Positions 29,049-39,185 are shown, numbered from the stretch's first letter. The stretch is DNA of 64,000 bases from Candidatus Bathyarchaeota archaeon (GCA_963777155.1 CAVZPM010000038.1:32001-96000), one strand, 5' to 3'. A program made the numbers and translations. Notes: generated by a model not told the origin, from the letters alone.

Positions 29049-30272
29049 CTATACTTTCCATCGTTTTAGTGCATCATCAAGTTCCTGATGACTCTTTGCA
29101 TATTCATCAAGGGTTTTGCCTTCCAAAGTGGCGTCAACGGCTTGACGCATTGCTGTGGCACCACAGATTGTTCCATTTGGATGCCCATGGATGCCGCCGC
29201 CTGCTTGGATGACTAAGTCGTTGCCGAAAGTCGACATCAGAGCAGGAACCAAACGAGGATGTAACCCGCCACTTGCAACAGGCAAAACTGGCTCAAGATC
29301 GCCCATTTCTGCTTTGCAGGAAGATATGTTTTCGAGGACTTCGGCTTTGGTTTCCGACATTTTACCGACAACCGTTCCGACGTGGAGTTGGTCTACGCCA
29401 ATGATTCTGGCGACTGACGCGATGGGTTTCATGGAGATACCGTGCTGCTGGTTTTTGGTGAAAGCAGCGTGTCCAGCGCGGTGGGCGTGAATGACGAGTT
29501 TGAAGTTTTGGTCTCTTAGCGTTTGGAGGGCTGACCATCCACATGTGAGAATATCCACCATGACGTATTCGCCACCTTGGTCAAGGACGCTTTGGGCGCG
29601 CTTAAGCATGGTGTTTGTTTCTGCAGTGATGTTTATCATGTAGACTTTACGTTCACCTGTTTCTTTTTGGGCTTTGTCTCGGCTCTCCAAAGTCTGTATC
29701 AAGCGGGTTTCAAACGGGTTGAAACTCTGGCTACTCAGGTTTTCATCATCCTTTACAATGTCGCAGCCGCCTAGCCACGCCTCATATGCCACTTTAGCAT
29801 GGTCTTTGGTCTCTAACCCAAGTTTAGGTTTGATTATTGTTCCTACCAGTGGACGCTTGGGAACTTTGAGGAGCTTACGGATTCCGCTGATCCCAAAGGC
29901 TGGACCTTTAAAGCTATCTAAAAGTTGTTTTGGGAATTCTATGTTAAGTAGACGTAGGTTTTTTAGTGCTTTTAAGCCAAAAACGTTTCCTGCTATGCTA
30001 CTTAGGATATTTGGCATGTTAGCTGGTTCAAAAAGTTCGGGAGGATATGCTATTTTTACTACGTTATCTTCGATTCTAAAGACGTGGGCAGCAAGTCGCT
30101 TGACGTAGGGCTTCTCAGTGGTTAGTTCTGTCCATGTGCCCACTGAACTCTCCGCCGCCACACCTCCTGCAGCTTCCTTTAGGCTTAAGCCTTCGGGGTC
30201 AACTTGAAAAGTACACACCAATTCTGTTTCTTTGGGTTCGTAGGTTAAATCGACAAAGTCAAGATACTTCAA
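29049..30272 (-). CDS. rbcL: ribulose-bisphosphate carboxylase large subunit, form III
   Basis: AAESSVGTW, IKPKLGL, DIVKDDE, HAHRA, ASGG, GGGIHGHP catalytic motifs intact. Confidence 0.96.
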   Translation of the reverse strand: MKYLDFVDLTYEPKETELVCTFQVDPEGLSLKEAAGGVAAESSVGTWTELTTEKPYVKRLAAHVFRIEDNVVKIAYPPELFEPANMPNILSSIAGNVFGLKALKNLRLLNIEFPKQLLDSFKGPAFGISGIRKLLKVPKRPLVGTIIKPKLGLETKDHAKVAYEAWLGGCDIVKDDENLSSQSFNPFETRLIQTLESRDKAQKETGERKVYMINITAETNTMLKRAQSVLDQGGEYVMVDILTCGWSALQTLRDQNFKLVIHAHRAGHAAFTKNQQHGISMKPIASVARIIGVDQLHVGTVVGKMSETKAEVLENISSCKAEMGDLEPVLPVASGGLHPRLVPALMSTFGNDLVIQAGGGIHGHPNGTICGATAMRQAVDATLEGKTLDEYAKSHQELDDALKRWKV

Positions 30273-30352
30273 AGAGTAATCCTCGCGTCTGCTAATGAGA
30301 AATGGGGTTTCCTTAAAATCTTTAACTATTTCCCAGCTTAATTGGTATTGAC

Positions 30353-31906
30353 GTGTTCGAAATGGAGTTAAGCGTTGAAACCTTGATGATCACTACGGGT
30401 GGTAGCAGAATCGCACTACTTAGCGAGCAAACCGCCAGCCTTTTAGGAGTACATAGTTCAGACAGGATAAAAATAACCTGCGAAAAACAAGAGATGATAG
30501 CCATCGCCAACATCGCTGATTATTTTCCACAAAACCGCGTTGGACTCTACCGAGAAACCGTTACAGCACTCGGAGTTAAGGAAGGCGAAACTGTGAATGT
30601 GCAGTTAGCACCATTGCCTGAATCGCTCTTTAACATACGCGCCAAGCTGCATGGGGAACGCTTACGCGAGAAAGATATTATGGCCATCGTAAAGGACGTT
30701 ATAGAGAGACATTTAAGCACGGTTGAAATCGCCGCGTTCCTTACAGCACTTAGCATCCATGGATTGAGCACGGGTGAGACCGAATCTCTTTCAAGAGCCA
30801 TGATTTCTACTGGCAAAACAATTGATTTCGGCAAAAGACCCATCCTAGACAAGCATAGTGTAGGTGGAATCCCAGGTGATAAAACTAGCATGCTCGTTGT
30901 ACCCATTGTGGCAGCGGCAGGTTTCACGATCCCCAAAACTTCCTCGCGAGCCATCACCTCCCCAGCTGGCACAGCAGACCGAGTTGAGACCCTTTGCCCA
31001 GTCAACTTATCCATAAAAGAAATCAAAGAAGTCGTCTCAAAAACAAATGGTTGCCTAGTCTGGGGTGGGTCTTTGGAGCTTGCGCCAGCCGATGATCTCT
31101 TCATTCAAGTTGAATACCCTCTGGGAATCGACCCTATGCTTTTACCTTCGATTCTAAGTAAGAAGAAAGCCATCGGAGCAACACATGTAGCAATCGACAT
31201 CCCGACGGGTATGGGTGCTAAAATCAAAACCCGAACTGAAGCCTACACTTTGGCATCCGATTTTGTAGATTTGGGTAAACGGTTAGGGTTAAACATCCAA
31301 TGCGCGTTGACTTTTGGGGAACAACCCTTGGGTTACGGAATCGGACCCGCCTTGGAAGCAAGGGAAGCGTTGACTACTCTTATGGGTGCGGGTCCACCTG
31401 ATTTACGTGAAAAAGCCGTTTCCCTCGCTGGAATGCTCTTCGAAATGGTAGGAGCCAAAAACGGTCGAGCCATGGCTGAAAAAATGATTGATTCGGGCAA
31501 AGCAATGAAAAAGATGCGTGAAATCATAGCTGCTCAAGGCGGAAATCCATCGGTTAAGCCTGAAGAGTTGCCTATTGGTCAAGAATCAGCTATTGTGCGT
31601 TCAGAGCAGGCAGGCAGAGTCCTCTGGCTAAGCACAGACGACATTGTGAGGATAGCTAGAGAAGCTGGGGCACCAAAAGAGAAGGGAGCAGGCGTTGTTT
31701 TGCATGCAAAGTTAGGCGGGACAGTTCACAAAGGTGGTGTGCTCCTTGAAATCTATGCTGAGCGAAGCAGCAAGTTGGCTTCAGCGCTAGAACTAGCGGG
31801 GAAACTCTCTCCGATTGTATTAAGTAAGAAACCAGAGGAAAAAATGATTCTGGACAAAGTACCAGAGAAAACCAGACATGAAAAAGCGTTCAATATAGAC
31901 AGGTAA
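30353..31906 (+). CDS. deoA: AMP phosphorylase
   Basis: DKHSVGGIPG, KTSSRAITSPAGTAD, N-terminal extension typical of AMP phosphorylase. Confidence 0.95.
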   Translation: MFEMELSVETLMITTGGSRIALLSEQTASLLGVHSSDRIKITCEKQEMIAIANIADYFPQNRVGLYRETVTALGVKEGETVNVQLAPLPESLFNIRAKLHGERLREKDIMAIVKDVIERHLSTVEIAAFLTALSIHGLSTGETESLSRAMISTGKTIDFGKRPILDKHSVGGIPGDKTSMLVVPIVAAAGFTIPKTSSRAITSPAGTADRVETLCPVNLSIKEIKEVVSKTNGCLVWGGSLELAPADDLFIQVEYPLGIDPMLLPSILSKKKAIGATHVAIDIPTGMGAKIKTRTEAYTLASDFVDLGKRLGLNIQCALTFGEQPLGYGIGPALEAREALTTLMGAGPPDLREKAVSLAGMLFEMVGAKNGRAMAEKMIDSGKAMKKMREIIAAQGGNPSVKPEELPIGQESAIVRSEQAGRVLWLSTDDIVRIAREAGAPKEKGAGVVLHAKLGGTVHKGGVLLEIYAERSSKLASALELAGKLSPIVLSKKPEEKMILDKVPEKTRHEKAFNIDR

Positions 31907-31914
31907 CTACTTAG

Positions 31915-32271
31915 TTACCGTGTTATTGCTCCGCCGATTAAGCCGCCTATGGTTGCAATAACAGTAACAACGACGGCGAGAACAATTCCGAGCACTAAAC
32001 CAGCTAATCCCCCAAACAAGAAGCCTAGCAAACCATGCCTAACTGTTTCAAGAACGATTATATGGAGAAACGCTAGGATCGCAAAAACAATCGCACTTAG
32101 TACGCCCGCAACAAAACCAGCCATTGTGCCGCCTATAACGCCCCTTGCAATAAGCCCTGCGATTATTCCACCCAATAAGGCACCTAAGATGTGGCCTACA
32201 CCGGGAAAGATTACTCCAAGAATCATTGTAACCACGAAACCTAACAGTGCACCTAAACCGATGTTGACCAT
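31915..32271 (-). CDS. Gly-rich membrane protein (DUF5518-like)
   Basis: Four GxxxG-rich TM helices. Confidence 0.7.
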   Translation of the reverse strand: MVNIGLGALLGFVVTMILGVIFPGVGHILGALLGGIIAGLIARGVIGGTMAGFVAGVLSAIVFAILAFLHIIVLETVRHGLLGFLFGGLAGLVLGIVLAVVVTVIATIGGLIGGAITR

Positions 32272-32321
32272 TTTTTCTTCATTTATTGGTTGATTACAAA
32301 AAAGAAGATAAAGGTTTGTTT

Positions 32322-33020
32322 TTAGCGTGCCCTTGCATTGCGTACTTTGGGTTCAAGCAGCGTCCAGAGCCATTCAGTGAATTCTTGCATGTTCTTAGTT
32401 TGAATGTGGACGTCACCGGGTCCCGTGATTTGGGTAACTAAGCCTTCGCCGCTAAGCAGGGTTTCTTTTAATCCACCCAATCTTGTGACTTTGTAACTGC
32501 AAGATTCGCTAAAACCTACGAGATGAAAGTTGTCAACGATCAAGGTTTGCCCTGGTCTAAGGGTATGAGTGTCGATAGCACCAAACGTATTGATGAACAT
32601 CTGTCCGCTGCCTATGGCTTTAAGCATAAACAAACCTTGCCCAAACAAGCCTTTGGTGAATCCTTCCCACTTAACATCCAAATCAATACCCGATGTAGAT
32701 GCCACGTAAGCAGATTTCTGGATGACATAGCCACTGCCAGGGGCAATATCCAATTGCTTGATGTCACCCACTGGCGCCGCAACAAATGCTACTTCTGCTG
32801 GACCGCTTGTGGCGGTGTAGTCGTTGACCCAAAACGATTGCCCACCGATTAGGCTCAAGCCTAACGTTCCAAGAAGACTTTTTTCTCGTTTACGTGTGTG
32901 GACTTCGATGGCTGGGTCCATGTAAGTCATAGCGCCTGATTCAGCGGTGATTGTTTCACCTTGCTCAAGCGTAGCAACTAACATCGCGTATGAAGGTTTA
33001 TACTTAACTTCAAACTTCAA
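32322..33020 (-). CDS. AIM24/TIGR00266 family protein
   Basis: AESGAM, GLFGQGLF, VDNFHLV, GEGLV, GPG motifs. Confidence 0.92.
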   Translation of the reverse strand: MKFEVKYKPSYAMLVATLEQGETITAESGAMTYMDPAIEVHTRKREKSLLGTLGLSLIGGQSFWVNDYTATSGPAEVAFVAAPVGDIKQLDIAPGSGYVIQKSAYVASTSGIDLDVKWEGFTKGLFGQGLFMLKAIGSGQMFINTFGAIDTHTLRPGQTLIVDNFHLVGFSESCSYKVTRLGGLKETLLSGEGLVTQITGPGDVHIQTKNMQEFTEWLWTLLEPKVRNARAR

Positions 33021-33115
33021 GTTATTCTTCTCCTAACATGCGTTACTTATAAAAGACGGTTACGTAGACCTTCTTAATAAAAATTTAAAGCTTCAAAGCC
33101 TAATAGGGTCAGCAA

Positions 33116-33808
33116 ATGGAAACCTCTGTCGTAGTAATCTTAAAGAAGACTTTCAGTTTAGCATTAGTCTTCAACGCACTCATAACAATAGCTGCCGTTG
33201 CAGGAATCATATTTGGCTACTACAGGTCTTATCCATACTGGCAGCCTTATACGCCATGGTTAATCAACGGCAACCTATTTTGGTTTGCAATCGCAGCCGC
33301 AATAATCAACATCTTCCCGAGCGCAGCCATCGGCAGAGCCTTGCACACAGGGCGTTTCCTGTTTCACCACTACGTTTACGGCTTCTTTGTATTGATTTCC
33401 TCTTCAGCGTTTATCACCGTCTTTACGCCTATTCCGTTACCTAGCCTGTTTCTTGTGGAATCTAACAGTGTAGCGGTCAATGCTGGACGAGTCTTTGAGT
33501 TAGCGGGTTTAACCTTGCTATTGGATGATTTGCCTGATGTCAGTAAGAAGGTTGAAAGAGGTTTAAACTGGATTAAGACAAAGGCGTACAAAGTGCGAAA
33601 GAGCCTCCATGTTTTTCAATTCGCCACTGGTTGTTTTGCCTTCTACTGCGGCTTTTCCATTCTACTCGATACAATTGGAAATAGCGATCGTGCTCTGCCG
33701 AACTCTTTTGCTATCGTCAGCCTGCTGTTAACTGGCGTTACTTCTTTTGCTTGTGTAAAGAGAAAATCGTGGCTTAAGATTACACCGCCTCAGTCAGAAC
33801 AACTTTAG
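33116..33808 (+). CDS. hypothetical membrane protein
   Basis: About 6 TM helices; FLFHHYVYG, LLDDLPD. Confidence 0.75.
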   Translation: METSVVVILKKTFSLALVFNALITIAAVAGIIFGYYRSYPYWQPYTPWLINGNLFWFAIAAAIINIFPSAAIGRALHTGRFLFHHYVYGFFVLISSSAFITVFTPIPLPSLFLVESNSVAVNAGRVFELAGLTLLLDDLPDVSKKVERGLNWIKTKAYKVRKSLHVFQFATGCFAFYCGFSILLDTIGNSDRALPNSFAIVSLLLTGVTSFACVKRKSWLKITPPQSEQL

Positions 33809-34521
33809 CCTTTTTGGTTGATGATTTCTTTTCCGATGGCTTCAAGCTGTTCCCGTGAAAAATTAGATGAACTCCTGTATGTTGTGAGGTGTATTAGCAG
33901 TTGGGGAAGTCTCAGGACAGTCACGGTCGGGTTATTGATTTTGATTGAAGCATGCTTGTTTGTGAACACTACAACCCCTTCAACCCAGACGCTTAATTGT
34001 CTTAGGTTGGGTGAATTCTGGATCAATTGTTGGATTTTTTGCAGCGTTCCGCTTTACCCGCCGGCTTGGGCTACCTGAAAAATTTCGTTTGCCTGCTCTC
34101 TGCCATTCGTCGCCGTTGCAGACGATATTGCCGCTCCAGTTCTTTGTCTCTAAAACGAAAACACCGCTGGGCCCTAAAACGATGTGGTCTATATCTCCGC
34201 CGCCGTCGCGCAGGTACAAGTCGTTTAAAAGATAATAATCGTCATTCAATGCGTGGGTTAAGAGTTTTGCGACTTGTTTTTCGCCTTGCCAGCCGCCATT
34301 ATAGATACGGTATTTGCGAAGGAAAAAAAGAAAACACCCAAGGGAAAAAGCAAGAAAACGAGTCCTACTTCCTCTAAAATCCCAATTTGAAAGGTTGATA
34401 AAACTCTATAGATCAAGATTGCGAAGGCAGCTGCAAACACGAAAGCACTGAGGGCTGCTTTGGAAAGGTTTTTTCGAACCTGATTCTTTAGGTAGTTGCT
34501 TGAACCTTTGAGTTTTCGCAT
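33805..34521 (-). CDS. NERD nuclease-related domain membrane protein (frameshifted)
   Basis: N-terminal TMs then LLND, DIDHIVLGPSGVFVLETKNWSG; three partial ORFs. Confidence 0.82.
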
Positions 34522-34647
34522 ATAATCAATTCTTTGGCATGTAACTATATTACCATATGGCAATCTAGCCGTAACTTGCATCACGATAATAAACCTAATA
34601 ATAGCTGCATACGTCGCAGTGTTAACAGTGCTGCTAATCTATAAAGC

Positions 34648-34691
34648 CAAAAACAAAGAAGAAAAACAGAAAGGAGTCTCAAAAAGAGACT
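34648..34691 (-). terminator. hairpin plus U-tract terminator of Nfn operon
   Basis: AGTCTC-N5-GAGACT stem followed on minus strand by T-rich tract. Confidence 0.55.
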
Positions 34692-34699
34692 AAAATGGC

Positions 34700-36124
34700 T
34701 TATTTTTTGTTTGTTAGGTATTCGTGCATGGCTTTGGCTGCGCGTTTACCTGCACCCATTGCGCTAATGACTGTGGCTGCGCCTGTTGCAACGTCTCCGC
34801 CTGCGTAAACTCCATCTAAGCTGGTTTTACCAACTTCGTTGACGCATATGGTACCGTGTTTTGCATCGCTTTGGAGACCGTCTGTGGTACGTTGGATAAT
34901 TGGGTTCGGTGTTTGTCCGATAGCGATTATGACTGTATCGACATCCATCGTAAATTCTGAGCCTGGAACTGTTTTGACACCTCGTCTGCCTTTTGCGTCT
35001 GGCTCCGTGAGTTCCATTGCGATGACTTTCATGCTTTTAACCCATCCTTTTTCGTCGCCGTAGAATTCTACTGGCGCCGCAAGGAATTTACAGACTAATC
35101 CTTCTTCCTCAGCATTCTCGATTTCTTCATGCCTTGCAGGTAGTTCATCACGCGAACGTCTGTAGAGTAAACATACTTCAGATCCAAGACGCATGCTACT
35201 TCTTGCGCAGTCCATAGCTACGTTTCCGCCACCGATCACAACTACGTGTTTGCCGATGCGTATTGGTGTATCGTATTCTGGGAACAGGTAGGCTTTCATG
35301 AGGTTAACGCGGATGAGGAATTCGTTGGCCGAGTAGATTCCGCCAAGGTTCTCTCCCTTACAACCAGTGAACTGTGGTAAGCCTGCACCGCTTCCGATGA
35401 AAACTGCCTCGTAACCGTTCTTCATCAGCTCAGGTATTGTGTGGATTCTACCGACCAAGTTGCCAAGACGCAAGTCAACACCAAGTTTCTGGACATAGTT
35501 GACTTCGTTTTGAACGATGGCTTTGGGCAGACGGAACTCTGGAATACCGTACATAAGCACTCCACCGCCTACATGCAACGCCTCAAACATGGTGATTTCG
35601 TGGCCAAGCTTAACGAGGTCGGCTGCAACGGTTAGTCCCGCTGGACCTGCACCGATAACTGCTACTTTTTTGCCTGTTGCCGGAGCTGTTGGTGGAAGTT
35701 GAGAACCATTGTCTCGTTCCCAATCTGCTAGAAAACGTTCTAAACGTCCGATGCTTACGGGTTCACCCATCTTACCAATGACACATTTTGCTTGGCATTG
35801 TACTTCTTGGGGGCAGACACGTCCGCAAACGGCTGGCAACGCGTTTTTTGCTTTAATGGCAGCTATGCCTTCGGCATACTTCTTTTCTCTGATGCATTTG
35901 ATGAATGTTGGAATTGGAACTTCCACTGGACATCCGTTCCGACATTGAGGATTGGGACAGCAAAGGCATCTGCTTGCTTCTTCTTGGGCTTCTGCTTCAG
36001 TGTATCCCAAAGCGACTTCACTGAAATTTTTGGCGCGAACCTTAGGCTCTTGTTTTGCCATTTCTACGGCTTTCTTGTTTAACTTTGGTTTAGGCTTTGT
36101 TTCTGCCACACTTACAACCTCCAC
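34700..36124 (-). CDS. nfnB: NfnB/SudA NADPH-binding flavoprotein subunit (GltD-like)
   Basis: EASRCL.C..P.C..GCP, CGRVCPQE, GAGPAG, GGGNVAMD, YRRSR, GAATVI. Confidence 0.92.
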   Translation of the reverse strand: MEVVSVAETKPKPKLNKKAVEMAKQEPKVRAKNFSEVALGYTEAEAQEEASRCLCCPNPQCRNGCPVEVPIPTFIKCIREKKYAEGIAAIKAKNALPAVCGRVCPQEVQCQAKCVIGKMGEPVSIGRLERFLADWERDNGSQLPPTAPATGKKVAVIGAGPAGLTVAADLVKLGHEITMFEALHVGGGVLMYGIPEFRLPKAIVQNEVNYVQKLGVDLRLGNLVGRIHTIPELMKNGYEAVFIGSGAGLPQFTGCKGENLGGIYSANEFLIRVNLMKAYLFPEYDTPIRIGKHVVVIGGGNVAMDCARSSMRLGSEVCLLYRRSRDELPARHEEIENAEEEGLVCKFLAAPVEFYGDEKGWVKSMKVIAMELTEPDAKGRRGVKTVPGSEFTMDVDTVIIAIGQTPNPIIQRTTDGLQSDAKHGTICVNEVGKTSLDGVYAGGDVATGAATVISAMGAGKRAAKAMHEYLTNKK

Positions 36125-36935
36125 TCATTTCTGACAATACTGAACTCAACCTTTCTTCAGGAAGCATCGTTCGTTGACGCAGTATTAACTCGTCAAAATC
36201 TGTTTTGTGACCGTCAAATTCTGGTCCATCCACACAACCGAACATCATTTTGCCATCAACTGTAACTCGGCATACCCCGCACATACCCATCCCATCAATC
36301 ATTATGGGCGTAAGTGTTACGATTGTAGGTATGTTGTAGGGCTTGGTTATTTCGCTGATGTCCTTCATAAGAATAACTGGACCCATGACTACACAACGAT
36401 CAAACTTTTCTGTCTTAAGCAATTCTTTCAGGAAATCTAAGCCTTTGTAGCCTTTTGACCCATCGTCGGTTGCAACGTAGACTTTTTCACTGAGCGCTTT
36501 AGCCTCGTTCTCCATCATAACGAATTCTTTGGTTCGGGCACCTAAAACTGTAGTTACTTTGTTCCCTGCTTCCTTCATAGCTTTAGCCTGTAATAGCAAT
36601 GGCGCAATCATTACGCTTCCGCCCACACAGAGTACCTTGCCAAAGTTTTTGACTTCTGATGGGTTGCCCAGCGGACCAGTAACATTGTCTATACATTCTC
36701 CTTGATTCAGCAAGCCCAAGTTTTTCGTGGTTTTGCCGACTTCATGGAAAGCAAAGGAAACCGTGCCCTTCACTGTGTCATATCCACAGATTGTTAAGGG
36801 TATACGTTCACCTGTTTTTCCATGAATTACTATTAGAAATTGACCAGCGTGCGATTGAACAGCAACGTCTGGTGCCTCAACTTCAAAGAGTTTGATCTTG
36901 GGAACTAATTCTTTTTTCGATACTATTTTGTACGT
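36090..36935 (-). CDS. nfnA: NfnA/SudB NAD(H)-binding FAD/[2Fe-2S] subunit
   Basis: Frame open upstream of GTG 36773 to ACG-TAC-AAA-ATA (xYKIV, GQF, GERIPLTI); GPLG, TDDGS, DGMGMCGVCR, CVDGPEF. Confidence 0.9.
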   Translation of the reverse strand, partial: TYKIVSKKELVPKIKLFEVEAPDVAVQSHAGQFLIVIHGKTGERIPLTICGYDTVKGTVSFAFHEVGKTTKNLGLLNQGECIDNVTGPLGNPSEVKNFGKVLCVGGSVMIAPLLLQAKAMKEAGNKVTTVLGARTKEFVMMENEAKALSEKVYVATDDGSKGYKGLDFLKELLKTEKFDRCVVMGPVILMKDISEITKPYNIPTIVTLTPIMIDGMGMCGVCRVTVDGKMMFGCVDGPEFDGHKTDFDELILRQRTMLPEERLSSVLSEMSGGCKCGRNKA

Positions 36936-38149
36936 TTTGCAGTCGCCTCCACAGCTACTTCACGTTTGGGTAAAGCACATATTTTCTTATAGAATTCATC
37001 GAGTTTTGTTTCGAAGTCGCCAGCGCATCTGGGTGATTCCTCGTAGAGTTCAAATCTATCAATCAAACCCAGCTTTTTAAGTGAAACTTGCAATGCAGCC
37101 ACGTTGCGTTCTGCTGCGCTTCTTCCTTCTTGAAGTTTACAGTCCTTTGAGGAGCAAACCACACCCATGACGCCGTCGAAGCCACAGTTTAACGCGTTTA
37201 TGATGTGGACAGGGTCGAGGGATTTAAAGCATGGAACTTCAAGAGCTAAGACATTTTTACCTTCGAACGCTTTATTCGGGTTATCTAATGCCGAAAACTC
37301 GGACCATTGACAGACGAATGCAAGAACTGCGGGTCCTTTGTTTTTTGCTTTTAATTGTGCGAGCGATTTGCCGTAGCGGTCAACTACGTCTTCGAACTCG
37401 AAGCCTTTCACCTGTATGGCATGGTGAGGACAAACCAGTTGGCATGCGCCGCAGCCAGTACATTTTTCTTCATTCACTTTTGGAGTTGCAAACGATTCAA
37501 ACTCAAGTGCACCGTATGGACAGATAAAGATACATTTGTCACATCCCACACAAGCTTGCACATCGTAAACGGCTTTGCGAGAAAATTTTATGACTTTGAC
37601 CGCGTTCTCGTCGTACCCTAATTGTTTCAAAACATTTTTCGCTAAAACGAGTCGCCGAGTGTTAATTTTTGTGCCTTCTTTATAGCGGCAGAATGGGTCT
37701 TCACATTGAATCGAAACAATGTTTTTTACACCAGAGTTTAAAGCATCAAAAACAAAGTCTGTTGGAACTCTTCCTGCACAGGGCAAACGCAACGCCATGT
37801 AGTTGTCAACCTTCAACCCTTGCGCTTTAAGGATGTCTTGAACTTCACCTGTTGAAGGTGAGTTTCCTCGGCACATTAAAACAAGGGTTTCAGCTGCAGT
37901 TTTGGACTTTTCTTGGGCCTTTTTAAGGTAGTCAGAAAGTTTGTCATAGGTGTAATATTGCATTTTTATGGCTGCAGATGGACAAGCACTGTAGCATATT
38001 CCACAAACTTGGCAGTCCTGGCTGTTGACTTCAACTTTGCCCGTTGAATCCGCTTTTATAGCTTCATACGGACAGATAGATTTGCAGACGTAACATCGAC
38101 TGCATAGGTCTTGATCGATTTCCACTACAGCAAGACATTTTTCACTCAT
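36923..38149 (-). CDS. tandem 2x[4Fe-4S] ferredoxin-MvhD/FlpD repeat protein
   Basis: Four CxxCxxCxxxCP motifs and two MvhD-like domains (LMC...LPCAGRV...QCEDPFCRY; FVC...VPC...GFDGV...VCSSKDC). Confidence 0.88.
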   Translation of the reverse strand: MSEKCLAVVEIDQDLCSRCYVCKSICPYEAIKADSTGKVEVNSQDCQVCGICYSACPSAAIKMQYYTYDKLSDYLKKAQEKSKTAAETLVLMCRGNSPSTGEVQDILKAQGLKVDNYMALRLPCAGRVPTDFVFDALNSGVKNIVSIQCEDPFCRYKEGTKINTRRLVLAKNVLKQLGYDENAVKVIKFSRKAVYDVQACVGCDKCIFICPYGALEFESFATPKVNEEKCTGCGACQLVCPHHAIQVKGFEFEDVVDRYGKSLAQLKAKNKGPAVLAFVCQWSEFSALDNPNKAFEGKNVLALEVPCFKSLDPVHIINALNCGFDGVMGVVCSSKDCKLQEGRSAAERNVAALQVSLKKLGLIDRFELYEESPRCAGDFETKLDEFYKKICALPKREVAVEATAKRTK

Positions 38150-38252
38150 TTGTAAACCTCATTTCACTCGTTTTAAACCTAATATCGCTTTGGCAGAGCT
38201 TAAGCTGATTGAAAACATGAAAAGAGTTTAAGAATATTATAATCCTTTCTCT

Positions 38253-39185
38253 CTATTTTCTGTAATATGGTCGTCTAATGTAACTGTAAGCTTCCAAAGC
38301 CGCAGTTATGCCTTGACCCACAGCAGTACCCACCTGCTTTATCGGTTGATCTGTAACGTCACCTGCCGCGAACACTCCAGGCAAGTTGGTTTCCTGCCGT
38401 ACGTTGACTTTGATGTAGCCATGCTCGTTTATGTCTACACCTGCAGTTTTAGCAAGTTGGCTGTTTGGCGCCTCTCCAATCTGAACAAAAACTGCGTCAA
38501 CAGCTACCTCGTTTGTTTCTTTAGTCATGTTATCGAATAATGTTACTGTTCTGACTTGTTTGTCTCCTTTGATTTCTTGGATTTCGGTGTTCCACATTAT
38601 GCTGACGTTACTTTTTGTCGAAATATCCGAAACCAAACTCGCTTCTGCACGGAAGGCTTCCCGCCTGTGGATAACAAAAACCTGAGACGCCAAACCTGAA
38701 AGATAAAGTGTTGTGACACATGCGGTGTTTCCTCCGCCAACAACAAGGACTCGTTTGCCCTTAAAGAATGGCCCATCGCATACTCCACAATAACTTACTC
38801 CTTTGCCTTTGAATTCGGTTTCGCCTTTAACGCCAAGCTCCCTATAATGTGAGCCTGTGGAGTAGATGACGGCTTTGGTTTGGTATGCGGCGCTGGAGGT
38901 CTTCACGGTCTTTGCTTCGCCTGCGAGATCAAGTCCAGTAACAGGTTCAATGTCATGGATAGTTGCCCCCACTGTTCTAGCATGGGATGTCATTTTTTCC
39001 GAGAGTTCGCCACCGCTTATCTCAGCAAAACCAGGGTAATTAACGACTTTTGAAGCGTCAGAGATTGCGCCGCCAGCAAATTTTTCGTCTAAGATAAGTG
39101 TCTTCAAGCCACTTCGAACTGCGTAAATGCCAGCCGCTAAACCAGCAGAGCCAGCGCCAATAATTATAACATCCCAGTTCTCCAT
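38253..39185 (-). CDS. trxB: thioredoxin-disulfide reductase
   Basis: GAGSAG, GVSYCGVCDG, GGGNTA, HRREAFR, FAAGD. Confidence 0.93.
   Translation of the reverse strand: MENWDVIIIGAGSAGLAAGIYAVRSGLKTLILDEKFAGGAISDASKVVNYPGFAEISGGELSEKMTSHARTVGATIHDIEPVTGLDLAGEAKTVKTSSAAYQTKAVIYSTGSHYRELGVKGETEFKGKGVSYCGVCDGPFFKGKRVLVVGGGNTACVTTLYLSGLASQVFVIHRREAFRAEASLVSDISTKSNVSIMWNTEIQEIKGDKQVRTVTLFDNMTKETNEVAVDAVFVQIGEAPNSQLAKTAGVDINEHGYIKVNVRQETNLPGVFAAGDVTDQPIKQVGTAVGQGITAALEAYSYIRRPYYRK

Noticed and set aside
29049-30272. Calvin-cycle autotrophy or RuBisCO-like protein (form IV)
   Set aside because: Catalytic motifs are intact, so not form IV; neighbours are AMP phosphorylase and R15P isomerase, with no phosphoribulokinase or small subunit in the window
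34700-36124. Glutamate synthase small subunit
   Set aside because: No large-subunit genes nearby and directly coupled to an NfnA/SudB gene
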